Assembly (NCBI GenBank): GCA_963799775.1
Contig: CAWCYD010000002.1
Span: 224,001-288,000 of the forward strand
DNA length: 64,000 nt
Source of the DNA: an uncultured archaeon
GTDB lineage: Archaea; Thermoproteota; Nitrososphaeria; Nitrososphaerales; Gagatemarchaeaceae
Reading direction: 5' to 3'
Within the stretch, counting starts at the first letter, position 1; every line of letters begins with the position of its first letter. A program made the translations under genes and the position numbers. This document shows, piece by piece, positions 49,385 through 59,168 of the stretch. The notes below the pieces were generated by a model, which saw only the letters and a list, made by a program, of their open reading frames with translations, did no database searches and was not told the DNA's origin.

Positions 49385-50251
49385 TTGAGCGAGGAGGGGT
49401 TAGATTCAGCGAAGATAGTGCGGATAGTCAACCACCCGGTCCGCATGAGAATCATCGAGCTCCTCGCTGTGAAGCCGATGTCGTGGAAAGAGCTCTCAGG
49501 CGAGCTCGGGATCAAGACCGGCTCTCTCTATCACCACCTGGACACCCTGGAGAGGATTGTCACGAGGGACTCGGAGCGGAGGTATACGCTCACGAAGCTG
49601 GGGAGGGAGATATCCGCCCAGCTCAGCGACGAGAAGAAGACGCCTGCCCAGTCGATGCAGGGCATCGAGAAGGCGATGAAGAAACGGACCTCGGCGGGCA
49701 TGCTGCGAGAGGTCTTCGTGCCGAGGAGCCTCATCGAGCCGCTCACGTCGACGCGCTCCAGAGGAATCGCCAGCCTCGCCGGGTTGTCTGTCTTGGCGGT
49801 CGCGCTGCTGATCGTCTCGGGTGACGAGCTCGTCCTCTTCTCCTTCTCCCCCACAGGAAACATTATGCTCTCGGTGGCGACCTACGCCGCCAGTCTCGTC
49901 GCCCTCACCGCGGTCAGCTACGTCGCCCTCGCCGTCGCGTTCAAGGAGCGCTCGGACGTCATAACCCTCCTCACGTCCACGGCTCTCTCATTCATCCCGC
50001 TGCTTCTCTTCGGCGCCCTCCTTCACTTCGCCGGCGCCTCTCCAGCCTCGGCCTTTCCGCTCTCGCTCCTCGCAGACAGCGCCGCCGTGACAGTCGTCTT
50101 CGCATTCTTCCAGGCGTGGGGCGCAGGCGTGGTCGGCGCCGGGATGAGCGTCGCTTCTGGGCTCAGGGTCGAGAAGACGCTCGTAGTGAGCCTAGTCGTG
50201 CTCTACGCGACGATGCTGATAGTCCTCCTCCAGGGAGGCCGGCTCGCGTGA
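49385..50251 (+). CDS. ArsR-type HTH fused to multi-TM domain
   Basis: HPVR.RIIELL, GSLYHHL, Y.LT.LG then several TM helices. Confidence 0.85.
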   Translation: MSEEGLDSAKIVRIVNHPVRMRIIELLAVKPMSWKELSGELGIKTGSLYHHLDTLERIVTRDSERRYTLTKLGREISAQLSDEKKTPAQSMQGIEKAMKKRTSAGMLREVFVPRSLIEPLTSTRSRGIASLAGLSVLAVALLIVSGDELVLFSFSPTGNIMLSVATYAASLVALTAVSYVALAVAFKERSDVITLLTSTALSFIPLLLFGALLHFAGASPASAFPLSLLADSAAVTVVFAFFQAWGAGVVGAGMSVASGLRVEKTLVVSLVVLYATMLIVLLQGGRLA

Positions 50252-50254
50252 GCA

Positions 50255-51030
50255 CTAGGCCTTCTCTTTCACCGTCTCGCGCGAGTTCCAGAGGAACTGG
50301 AAGTAGTCCCTCGCGAAGCTAGCCAGGCCCGGATGGTGTGCCCAGATGGCGAGAGCCGAGTTCGCTCCCTTCCCTCCGCCCCCTCCAAGCAGGAGGACGA
50401 CGTCCTTCGAGTCCGCTATCACCCCTCCCCCGAACATGGTCTTCCTGGTTCGGACCTCCGCGCTCGCGGAGAGCGCCGAGAGCGAGTCTTCCGGGAGGTC
50501 GCCTGATGTGAGGATCGATATTTTCACGCCTCTCTCCTTCACGGCTGTGAGGAGGGTGGCCACCTGGTCTGCGTACGGGGCAATCCCGACGGGTAGTGCG
50601 ATGAGCAGCTCGTCCCTTGAGTTGACCACCGTGCTCTTGACCCTCGAGAGTATCTCGGCCGTCCCCCTCATGATCCAGACGTCCGGCCGTTCCTGCTCCC
50701 CCTTCTTCTCGAAGATGGTGGTCAGCTCGGCAAGCGCTACCTTCTCCAGCTCTCGGGCCTTCGTCTCGTGCTGCGACCTGAGCTCCTCGAGGGCGCCCTC
50801 GGGGGGCTTGGCGGTGTAGAGGATGGGCCTGCTGTGCTGCCTCTCGACCCAGCCCTTCTCGTGCAGCGCTTCGAGCGTGTCATAGACCTTGGAGTAGGGG
50901 CCCTCGCGGCCCTGCTCACCTCGCTCGCCGTCATCGTCCCAGCCTCGAGCAACGCCGCGTATGTCCGGATCTCGGTCTTGGTGAGTCCCAGGCCTTTGAG
51001 GGCAGAGAGGGCCTTCTCGCTGACGCTCAT
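50255..51030 (-). CDS. TrmB family transcriptional regulator (frameshifted)
   Basis: LK.LGLTK.E...Y.ALL, TASEVS; C-terminal MFGGGVIADS, LA.FARDYF.FLW. Confidence 0.85.
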
Positions 51031-51065
51031 CTCAGGCTCACCCTCTTGTCAGCTTGCCCGCGCGG

Positions 51066-51572
51066 TCAACCTGTCGCCGCATAGACCATGCATGCGACGA
51101 TGAGAAACAGGACGACCAGGCCGATCGCCGATGTCACCCTCAACCTGGCGGCCGCCTTCGTCAATCCTGCCGGGGGGGCGGACGCGGGGTTCTTCATCAT
51201 CTCCTTGGTGAACCAGACGACCCTTCGCGCCGCCGGCGTGACGAGCCCGAAACCTATCCCCCATGCCACTAGAGACAAGAGGGCCCCTATGGAGATGAAC
51301 TCTCCGAAGGTGTTCGAGAAGGAGAAGATGTTCGTGTTCCCGTGCGATATGTAGAGGGCGAGCGCGAGACCGAATATGGGCGTGATCAGCGTGAAGACCT
51401 GAACCCAGACGATGTACTTGGGGAACAGCTTGACTATCAGCTCGCCCCTCGAGGCCGGCGACAAGGTAGGGAGCGTCGGGCCTATCAGCATCCCGAAGAC
51501 CATGGCAGCCCCCATCCAACCGACTGCGCCTACCAGGTGAAGCCAGAGGAGCACGTCGAAGCCTAGTGACAC
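51066..51572 (-). CDS. CopD/DUF2269-like membrane protein
   Basis: WLHL.GA..W.G pattern; 4 TM. Confidence 0.7.
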   Translation of the reverse strand: MSLGFDVLLWLHLVGAVGWMGAAMVFGMLIGPTLPTLSPASRGELIVKLFPKYIVWVQVFTLITPIFGLALALYISHGNTNIFSFSNTFGEFISIGALLSLVAWGIGFGLVTPAARRVVWFTKEMMKNPASAPPAGLTKAAARLRVTSAIGLVVLFLIVACMVYAATG

Positions 51573-51608
51573 GATTCGCCACTTCCCTGTCGGACTAATA
51601 AGCAGTGC

Positions 51609-52547
51609 TCAAAAAACTGGGACGAGGAGCGCCGCCAAGGCGAAGGCGACCACCGGTATCACGACCCATGAAGCGACCACCTCAAGGAGGATTCTGCGGT
51701 TGATGATGGAGATCCTCTTCGTAAAGGCAGCTCCCAACATCCCGCCGATGAGGCACTGCGTTATCGACACGGGGATGCTGAGCTGCGTCGCGAGCCACAT
51801 CATGACTATCGTCCCTGTGAAGGCCGCAAGGACCCCCTGTGGGGACAGCGACAGCAGCCTGTCGCCCACCGTCCCTGCGACGTTCCCTCTCCCAAAGAGG
51901 GCCATCGCCACTATGGCGACGGCCGCGAGGATGAGGAGGTCCGTGATGGAGCCGGAGCTCTGGGTGCTTCCAAAGGCCGTTCCATAGATCAACCCAATGT
52001 TGTTCGCGCTAAGGACGTATGCCAGCGCGAGAGAGACGAGGACCACGCCCGCTCTGTCGAAGGCGTCGACCGAGAGCAGACTGATGTTGGCGGTCGCCCT
52101 CTCGATGGCTCTGTAGGCCACGAAGGTGACGGCCATCGTCGCGAGCGGCGCTCCGGCCCAGAAGAGCACGATCGTGGCCACGTCTTCACCTCGAATTATC
52201 GTAGAGGATGCGAAGGCCGCCCCCAAGAATGCTCCAACCATGGTGATGCTGAACGCCACTGGGATGGATGCGAGGGTCAACACCAGGGTCAGCGCTATCG
52301 AGATCGCCATCGTCGCCAAGATGATCGGGTCCGACGCCTGGCTCGAGATCGTCTTCGTGAGGCTCCCGTGCATCTGCGAGCCTTGTATCGCGACGCCCAG
52401 AATCATCCCTATCGAGCAGAGGGCGGTGGACTGCAGACCCGTGAGCGTGCCCGAGCCTCTCTGGTTGCCGATCAGGATGGAGCTGTTGTTCCAGCCGAAG
52501 ATGAAGGTGAGTATCCCCGCGAGGAGGAGAGCGAGGTTCTCATCCAT
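51609..52547 (-). CDS. PiT-family inorganic phosphate transporter
   Basis: GWNN, SANN, PVS.TQ...GG..G; SW...P. Confidence 0.85.
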   Translation of the reverse strand: MDENLALLLAGILTFIFGWNNSSILIGNQRGSGTLTGLQSTALCSIGMILGVAIQGSQMHGSLTKTISSQASDPIILATMAISIALTLVLTLASIPVAFSITMVGAFLGAAFASSTIIRGEDVATIVLFWAGAPLATMAVTFVAYRAIERATANISLLSVDAFDRAGVVLVSLALAYVLSANNIGLIYGTAFGSTQSSGSITDLLILAAVAIVAMALFGRGNVAGTVGDRLLSLSPQGVLAAFTGTIVMMWLATQLSIPVSITQCLIGGMLGAAFTKRISIINRRILLEVVASWVVIPVVAFALAALLVPVF

Positions 52548-53218
52548 AGCCTTTCGCGACTAGGACCATCACGACGTCACTGGCGTGCTCCGCGTTGTCC
52601 GCGACGTCGTCTGCGCAGAAGACGAAATCCCTGACCAGTATCACGGTCAGGGGATCGATGCCCCGGGACCTGTCGAACAGCGCGGTCAGAATCTTTTGCT
52701 TGAACCCGTCCGCAGCCTCCTCGTAGTCCTCCACCGCTCGCACTCGCTCGACGACCGTCTTGCGGTCTATCCGGAACGCCTCGATGAGACTTTGGAGCGC
52801 GACCACGGCCATGTCGAGGTTCGAGAGGAACTGCCTCATGTCCTCGGACCGCAGGATCTCCTTCGCGTTAGCGTCGGTGATCTCAGCGAGAGTTATCAGC
52901 CGGGCGGCGTCCTTCGCCTTGTCGGCTATCTTCTCTATCTTGTCGAGAAGGTTGAGGATGTCCTCCCTGACGCCGCCGAAGAACGCCCCCTCCGCTATCC
53001 TCGCGCTCAAATCCCGCTTTGTGGCTGCGCACTTGGCCTCCATCTCGAAGACCTCGTCCCTCTTGCTCATGGAGGACGGCCAGTCCCCGTCTGCCACGGC
53101 CTCGACGAGACCCGGAATCCCCTGCTCGGTCTCCCTCACGATGCTCAGGGCCCTCGTGTAGCCGGCTGAGGATGTCGCCCTCCTTCCTGCTGAACGAGAT
53201 CCCTGGAAGACTCACCAA
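52540..53218 (-). CDS. DUF47 / PhoU-like PiT accessory protein (frameshift near 53150)
   Basis: FF...REDIL.L, EE.AD, DDVAD.AE.ASD. Confidence 0.85.
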
Positions 53219-53311
53219 CGACGCTCGCCTTGCGACGACCCGCGATACTTAAGCTAGGTATCGCAACCGTGTCGACAAGCGGCCCCTTCCGGGAACCCGT
53301 TCCCCTCGGGT

Positions 53312-53854
53312 CTATCCTTGTTCGCCGGTCGGGATGGGCCCGAAAGTTATGTTCCACTCCTCGAAACTTATGAGCCACGTCCCGCTTTGTCTGACGTAGT
53401 CGACGTGGGTGGTGACCAGGGCGGTCTGGAAGTTCTCGTCGGAGTCGTACCCTTGAATGACAAAAGTGGAATTCAGAGTCGCCTGGTTTCCGTTGACGCT
53501 GACTGTGTAGTTCTCGTGGGAGATCGTGGGGAGCGCAAAGTATAGGAAGATTGCGCCGAAGCCGTTCCCTATGTTCTGCAGGCCGGTGAAGTTGCCGGTG
53601 TTGTCGCCTGCTTGGGTGGGGTCGACAAAGATTACACTGGCGTCTGGCGTGAATGCCTGCTCTATCCCTGAGACGTTCATGTAATGCACATCGAGAAGGT
53701 GAGCAGTGTAACTGGACTCGATCGCCGCCTTCGAGTCGACCGCCCCGGGGAGAAATCCGCCCGAGGACTCGAAGACTGCGACTGCTGCGATCGCCACGAC
53801 CGCGAGGACGCAAAGGACGATGATCGCTCTAGGATGCTTCGCTTTGCCGAGCAA
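53312..53854 (-). CDS. Membrane-anchored NTF2/SnoaL-like protein (paralog A)
   Basis: TM; HL.....MN, N.TVSV.G..A...STF...G, WLIS.E.WN. Confidence 0.8.
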   Translation of the reverse strand: MLGKAKHPRAIIVLCVLAVVAIAAVAVFESSGGFLPGAVDSKAAIESSYTAHLLDVHYMNVSGIEQAFTPDASVIFVDPTQAGDNTGNFTGLQNIGNGFGAIFLYFALPTISHENYTVSVNGNQATLNSTFVIQGYDSDENFQTALVTTHVDYVRQSGTWLISFEEWNITFGPIPTGEQG

Positions 53855-54037
53855 GTGAGAGGCGCCATCTCGAACCTATGCCGCAGATAAGAAGGATTCG
53901 CCCCCGGGGCCTTCTCACAGCAAATTCAGAAAATACGACTATTGCATAAGATAAATACCGACCAAGAGGCTGTAAAGCCCGTGCAACGGACGCTGTCATC
54001 CTCCTCCGCGCCCACCGTTGACATCGAGCCAGAGACG

Positions 54038-55119
54038 ATGGAAGAGGAGGGACCGACCGGCCCTTGGCCACGCTCCTCGGCACTGCTTGTAGTCCTCATC
54101 GTCGCCTTTGTCTTCGGCGCTCTCTCGTTCTTGCCTCTCGTGGGAGGTGTCCTCTTCTACCCTGCCGGGCTCCTTAGTCCTTCCCCGGACTTCATCACGA
54201 GGTCCGCCGCCGGGGACTTCCTGCAGATACTCTACCAGCTCCTTCTCGTCGAGCTTGGATACGTGATCGGGAAGAGGATCCTTTTCGAGAGGGACGGCCT
54301 CCTGCTCTTGCTGCCGGCTTACTTCGGAGCCGTCATCGGGTACCTCATCGGCATCCCAGGCCTAGAGTCGACGACCGTAGCCGGGGGAATCTATGTGTTC
54401 CAGACCAGCACGCTGGACTCTACCCATGTCGCATCAGCCTTCCTCAACTCACCGACGCTGATGGGGATGCTCATAGCCGGAGTAGGGCTCGCGTTCGTCT
54501 TCGGAAGGAGGTCCTCAGCACTCTCGATGCCGGGCGCGGAGGATGAGCTGACGAGCACGATTCGTCTGCTCCTCGTGTTCCTGGCGGGCGCTCTCCTGGC
54601 GTTTCTCGCGTACCTCATGCCGCCGATATTCTACGTGATCTTCAAGTCAGCTTTGGGTCCGGGCGCGGCGACGACCGGGTCCCGTACACCATCGAGTCGA
54701 ACTCGAGCATCATCGCCAATCCAATCCTCTTCTTCTTTCTCCTGTTCGCGGTAGGCAGTCGGGTGAAGCTATTCCGGGATACAGGCACGGTGATAATCAT
54801 GTTGTTCATCGCGGTGGTCGTCGGTGCTATCGCGGGCAACCCGATAGGAAGCTTCGTGACGTCATACGTCGCCATCGGGAGCGGCGCCTTCCCGAACTAT
54901 CTGGCCAACAGCACGGAGTTCACCACCTTCATAGCCTCTGTGGTCGCAGTCGGCTTTGCCGGGACGTTCCTAGGCTACTCCGCCATAGTCGAGTCGGGCA
55001 CGAGGACCCTTGTCAAGACCGGGAAAGTCCCCCCTCCCGCGCCCGAGGGAGAGGTCGCTCCTGCGCAAGAGGAGCCCCTGCCTGCAGCCACGGCAGCACC
55101 GGCACCTCCGGGCGCCTGA
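54038..55119 (+). CDS. Multi-TM membrane protein (frameshift near 54680)
   Basis: ORFs 53942-54754 and 54763-55119 are both hydrophobic and contiguous. Confidence 0.65.
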
Positions 55120-55200
55120 GCATCCAGGCATCTGCCAGGACGCGGTCGCAGCTCTGCGCGAGGCAATGCGTATCTACGAGGAAGTCGCGTTGAGAGCTCT

Positions 55201-56223
55201 TTGACTGCCTCGGCCAAGGCGGACGGGCAAACACAAAGAAAGTTGAGGACCATCATCCTCCCCTACGCGATAGTAGCAGCTGCCTTCGGCGCGGTCGAAT
55301 ACGTTCTGGACTTGGTCCCAGGCTCCGTCTTGGGCGTCCAAAGCCCTTACTACGACGTCGTTGACGCGGCCGCTCGGGCCGTCCTGGTACCGTTCGCGCT
55401 CTTGGCGACCTTCTACGTCCTCGCCCGTCGGACACAGCCCGATCCGAGGCTATCGCACATCGCGATCGCAGCCTCGATCTTCCTCGGGACGCTCCTGGTC
55501 TTCGTGCCAGTCGATCTAGGCCGACAAATCACCGGGACGCCGCTGCCTGGCTTCACGATAGGCCAGACCGAGATCATCTCGATCGGTGACGCCGTCTCCT
55601 CCTCTATCAACCATGTCTTCATCGGCTTCTTCGCCGTCTTCCTCTGGGAGCTGCTCGAAAGGCCCCCCTCGATCTCTTCGGCCGGGGCGCTCCACGGGAC
55701 TGAAGACGTGTCGTTGGTAGGGGTCGTCATGGTCGGGGTGTACGCGTGGGAATACCTCGCGCAGGCCTACCAGTCGACCTACCAGTTGGGCGTGGGGAAC
55801 GTGCTCGCCTCGTCCCTCGCCTCCGTCCTGGGGGCGGGCTCGCCCGCCTACTACGTCGTCGCGATCTGGCAGCAGATCGTCCTTCTCATGCTGCTCCCGT
55901 TCGCGCTGTTCTTCCTACTCGCGTACAAGGAGAGGCTCAACCCGTTCGTCCAGTCTCGCAAGATCATGGCGACCATACTCCTATGGAGCCTCTTCTTGCG
56001 CGCCTTCACGTCATACTTCTATGTCTACTTCGTGCAGCTCCTCAAGCCCGGGGCCTTGGCCGGCCAATCCTTCGCAGCCACGCTCGCTTCCGAGCTGAAC
56101 GGCCCGAGCCTCATAGGGATACTCGTCTCCACGCTCGGGTTCCTCTTCCTTGGGTTTACGGCGATCGTCTTCGGCTACTATGCGCGCGAGCGCTCCGGGA
56201 AGGCCGAAGAGGCGCCGCGTTGA
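55201..56223 (+). CDS. Multi-TM membrane protein
   Basis: About 8 hydrophobic segments. Confidence 0.75.
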   Translation: MTASAKADGQTQRKLRTIILPYAIVAAAFGAVEYVLDLVPGSVLGVQSPYYDVVDAAARAVLVPFALLATFYVLARRTQPDPRLSHIAIAASIFLGTLLVFVPVDLGRQITGTPLPGFTIGQTEIISIGDAVSSSINHVFIGFFAVFLWELLERPPSISSAGALHGTEDVSLVGVVMVGVYAWEYLAQAYQSTYQLGVGNVLASSLASVLGAGSPAYYVVAIWQQIVLLMLLPFALFFLLAYKERLNPFVQSRKIMATILLWSLFLRAFTSYFYVYFVQLLKPGALAGQSFAATLASELNGPSLIGILVSTLGFLFLGFTAIVFGYYARERSGKAEEAPR

Positions 56224-56226
56224 GAT

Positions 56227-56799
56227 TCAGCCGTGGCTAGTGACGTCGGTGAAGTTCCACAGCTCCTGTGAGATCATCCAGTTGCCTCCCGTATTAAGAT
56301 AGGTGGCGTGTAGGTCCACGGATGCGTAGACATCAGACCCGTCTAGGTTCGTCCCCTCCACGTCGAAGGTCGAGTGCACCATAGCGACGCTCCCTGACAC
56401 ACTCACAGTGAAGTTGGCGTTGGTGATGTGGGGGATGACAAAATCGGACAAAAAGACTCCCGAGAACAAGCCCCCGATCTGTTCAGGACCATGACCCGTA
56501 TCGGAGATCGCCTTGCCCGCGCTCCCCCCCAGAAAGTAGTCGCCCACGCCGGGAGAGTAGAACTCGGTGGACGCGTTGGCGGTGTACTCACCTCTGAGTG
56601 CCGTGATGTTCATCGCCTCAATCTCGCCTAGGTGATTCGAGAAAGCCGCCCTGACTAGGCTCGACTGTGATGCTTGCGTTCCTGAGTTCAGGCCCGAAGG
56701 CTGGTTTGCGAACTCGACCACGCCGACAAATGCGATGACCGCGATGGTGGCGATTATGGCAAGGTAGACGAGCTTGGAGCGGCCACGCCGAGGTTCCAC
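56227..56799 (-). CDS. Membrane-anchored NTF2/SnoaL-like protein (paralog B)
   Basis: F.NHL..I.AMN, EFYS.G.G.Y, GGNWMISQELWNFT. Confidence 0.8.
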   Translation of the reverse strand: MEPRRGRSKLVYLAIIATIAVIAFVGVVEFANQPSGLNSGTQASQSSLVRAAFSNHLGEIEAMNITALRGEYTANASTEFYSPGVGDYFLGGSAGKAISDTGHGPEQIGGLFSGVFLSDFVIPHITNANFTVSVSGSVAMVHSTFDVEGTNLDGSDVYASVDLHATYLNTGGNWMISQELWNFTDVTSHG

Positions 56800-56821
56800 A
56801 GCTCCGAAACCAGGCCACTAG

Positions 56822-56837
56822 GATAAGAGTGATTCGC
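56822..56837 (-). promoter_or_regulatory. 16-bp promoter-region motif shared by paralogs B and C (second copy 57590-57605)
   Basis: gataagagtgattcgc identical, 22-23 bp upstream of each start. Confidence 0.75.
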
Positions 56838-56984
56838 AGAGCAAAGAGTTCCGGTTATAGGCCCTCTCTAGCCGTTCTAAGCCATCCACTCTTCCTCAAG
56901 GTAGCTCAGGACTTTGTCCGCACACTCTCAGGAATACAGATGGAAGACTTGCGTCGGAGCCGCGCCTTTTGTGCTGGGTGCATC

Positions 56985-57566
56985 TCACCCCTGACTAGCG
57001 AACTGAGTGAAGTTCCACAGCTCATATGAGATAAGCCAACTCCCACCCGACCCCAGATAGGTCACATGGAGATTCACGGTTGCTTCGACTCCGGCCCCGT
57101 TTAGATTGGTGCCTTCGACGTCCAATGTCGAATTGACCGTTGCAACATTGCCGGCCAGGCTCACGGTGTAGTTATCTGTGGTGATGCTGGGGTCAGCGAA
57201 GTCTGCGAGAAGAACGCCAGAGAACAGTGTCTCGATCTGGTGAGGACCAGTCGCGTTCACTGAGATGTGGTCCGTGGCGTTGGAACCCGCGACGTATTCG
57301 CCTTCACCGGCGGAGTAGAATTCAGCCGTCGCGTTCTGCGCGTATTGACCCTGAATCGCGCTGAAGTTCATCGCTTGCAGGGAATCCAGATGGCTCGCGA
57401 AGACCGCGCCGACCTCGTCCGATGCATTGGCGCTCCCGTTCGTCGCTGATCTCGCAGGGCCACGTGGGGGATTCATGAACTCCGCTAGGCTGACAATTAG
57501 GACGATTCCGATGATTGATATCACGAAGGGAACGAAGAGTCTGGATCGTTTCTTCTGCGCCGCCAC
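56985..57566 (-). CDS. Membrane-anchored NTF2/SnoaL-like protein (paralog C)
   Basis: F.SHL..L.AMN, EFYSAGEGEY, GGSWLISYELWNFT. Confidence 0.8.
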   Translation of the reverse strand: MAAQKKRSRLFVPFVISIIGIVLIVSLAEFMNPPRGPARSATNGSANASDEVGAVFASHLDSLQAMNFSAIQGQYAQNATAEFYSAGEGEYVAGSNATDHISVNATGPHQIETLFSGVLLADFADPSITTDNYTVSLAGNVATVNSTLDVEGTNLNGAGVEATVNLHVTYLGSGGSWLISYELWNFTQFASQG

Positions 57567-57784
57567 GGTCTGTGGACGCTCCCCGCCACGATAAGAGTGA
57601 TTCGCCCCGGGCGGAGGGCGCTGTCAAGTTAAGCGTTTTCGCCCCGCCTAACTTTCCCTACAGGCTAATCCCCATCCATGAAGTGTAACCTCAGCCGAGC
57701 CTTCATGTCTTATGAAGATTGGCATTGTGCATACGCTATGATTAATAATAAATACTTATATGATATTAACTGGAACGAGCGGGT

Positions 57785-57958
57785 ATGAGCACGGAACACA
57801 AGGAAGTAGACGCGATACATGACGAAGTACACGCAGTACACACAGTACACACAGAGGTAGACTCGCTGCACAAGGAGCTCGATAAGGTCCACAAGGAACT
57901 GGACAGGCTTCACAAGCTGGTGGATTCAGTCCACAAGGATGTTCTGCGAAAGAAGTGA
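57785..57958 (+). CDS. His-heptad coiled-coil microprotein (57 aa, not in ORF track)
   Basis: MSTEHKEVDAIHDEVHAVHTVHTEVDSLHKELDKVHKELDRLHKLVDSVHKDVLRKK; AT-rich promoter with cttata upstream. Confidence 0.7.
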   Translation: MSTEHKEVDAIHDEVHAVHTVHTEVDSLHKELDKVHKELDRLHKLVDSVHKDVLRKK

Positions 57959-58229
57959 GTTTGCAACCCTAGGCTGCGTCCATCGCGCTCGTGGCGGGGG
58001 CCAAGCTCTACTCGTAGACAGAGTCAGATTGGCCACGGCCCCGCCTTTTTCTTTAACGGAGACGAACGACTCTAGTGATGAGCAGACAGAGTAGACTGCC
58101 AACCCCTAGCTTGACAGCGCCGGGCGCCGTGCCTCAAGATTCTAGAAGGGGCCAGTGCTGCTCCTGGACCGGGTGGAGGTTCATCGTCCCGCCATATCTC
58201 CGCCAAGGCTCTGATGCGACCAAGAACCT

Positions 58230-58688
58230 TTAGGAGTTCTTTGCCATCCATTTCTTCTCTTCGACGGTCGGCGTCAGCTTGTGACCGACAGACCACAGGA
58301 ACATCCTCGCCGTCGAGGGGCCGACGTGCTTGAACCTGCTCTGGATGTCGTCTTGGAGGCGCTTTTCATCCTTGCCGAACGAGGCGAGGTACTCCTTGAA
58401 GGATCCGAACTCCTTCCCGATCTTCAGGACCGCTCCCGCGTTGTGAACCGTCGCTCTAATCTTCCTCTCGTTCCTCACTATCTTCTCGTCCCTCATCAAC
58501 GACTTTACGTCCTTCTCTGTCATCTTCGCGACTTTCTGCGGCGCAAAGTCTGCGAACGCCTTTCGGAACCCGGGCCATTTCTTGTCGACCATGGACCAGC
58601 TCAACCCGCTCGTGAATAGGGTCTTGCTGAGCCTCTCAAAGTATCCGGCGTCGTCTTTGGGAGGGGTGACTTTCATCCCAGGAGGCAA
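58230..58688 (-). CDS. tag: DNA-3-methyladenine glycosylase I (Tag-like)
   Basis: YFE.L....F.SGLSW..V.KK...FR.AF, IVRN.RKI.A...NA, FK.VGP. Confidence 0.88.
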   Translation of the reverse strand: MPPGMKVTPPKDDAGYFERLSKTLFTSGLSWSMVDKKWPGFRKAFADFAPQKVAKMTEKDVKSLMRDEKIVRNERKIRATVHNAGAVLKIGKEFGSFKEYLASFGKDEKRLQDDIQSRFKHVGPSTARMFLWSVGHKLTPTVEEKKWMAKNS

Positions 58689-58821
58689 GCTCGGGTCAGC
58701 TTGCCGACGTCATCTAAAAACCATTTCACACGTTGATGTGTCAGATTCGCTCACACTCTCCAAGCTCTCCGGATAGGGAGCGGGACGCCCTGTGTCAAAG
58801 GTCCATTGTGGGATGCGGACG

Positions 58822-59019
58822 TTACTTCTTTGAAGGGAGCACCATCTCGACGGCACTCTCTACCCTGAATCCCGATCTTCCTGGACCGAGATTCAGGTTT
58901 GCAATATTCTGCCTGACCATGTCAATGGCGTCCTGTTCTTCGTCGGCGCTTACGATGACGTGTCCAACCACATTGACGACAAAGGTCTTTGGCATGGCGA
59001 ACACCACCTGCGTCTTCAA
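58822..59019 (-). CDS. Small hypothetical protein
   Basis: MPKTFVVNVVGHVIVSADEEQDAID...; beta-alpha-beta pattern. Confidence 0.45.
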   Translation of the reverse strand: MKTQVVFAMPKTFVVNVVGHVIVSADEEQDAIDMVRQNIANLNLGPGRSGFRVESAVEMVLPSKK

Positions 59020-59168
59020 TTAATGTCTTTGGGTCGCCCCTCTTGGGCGGCCATTCCTTTCCGAATTGCCCCTTACTTCTTAGGACCTGCAGTCACAGGG
59101 GCGGATTTCACTTTTCACCGTATAAGTAGTTAAAATCCTTATATTACATAGCTCGGCTACGTAGCCTA

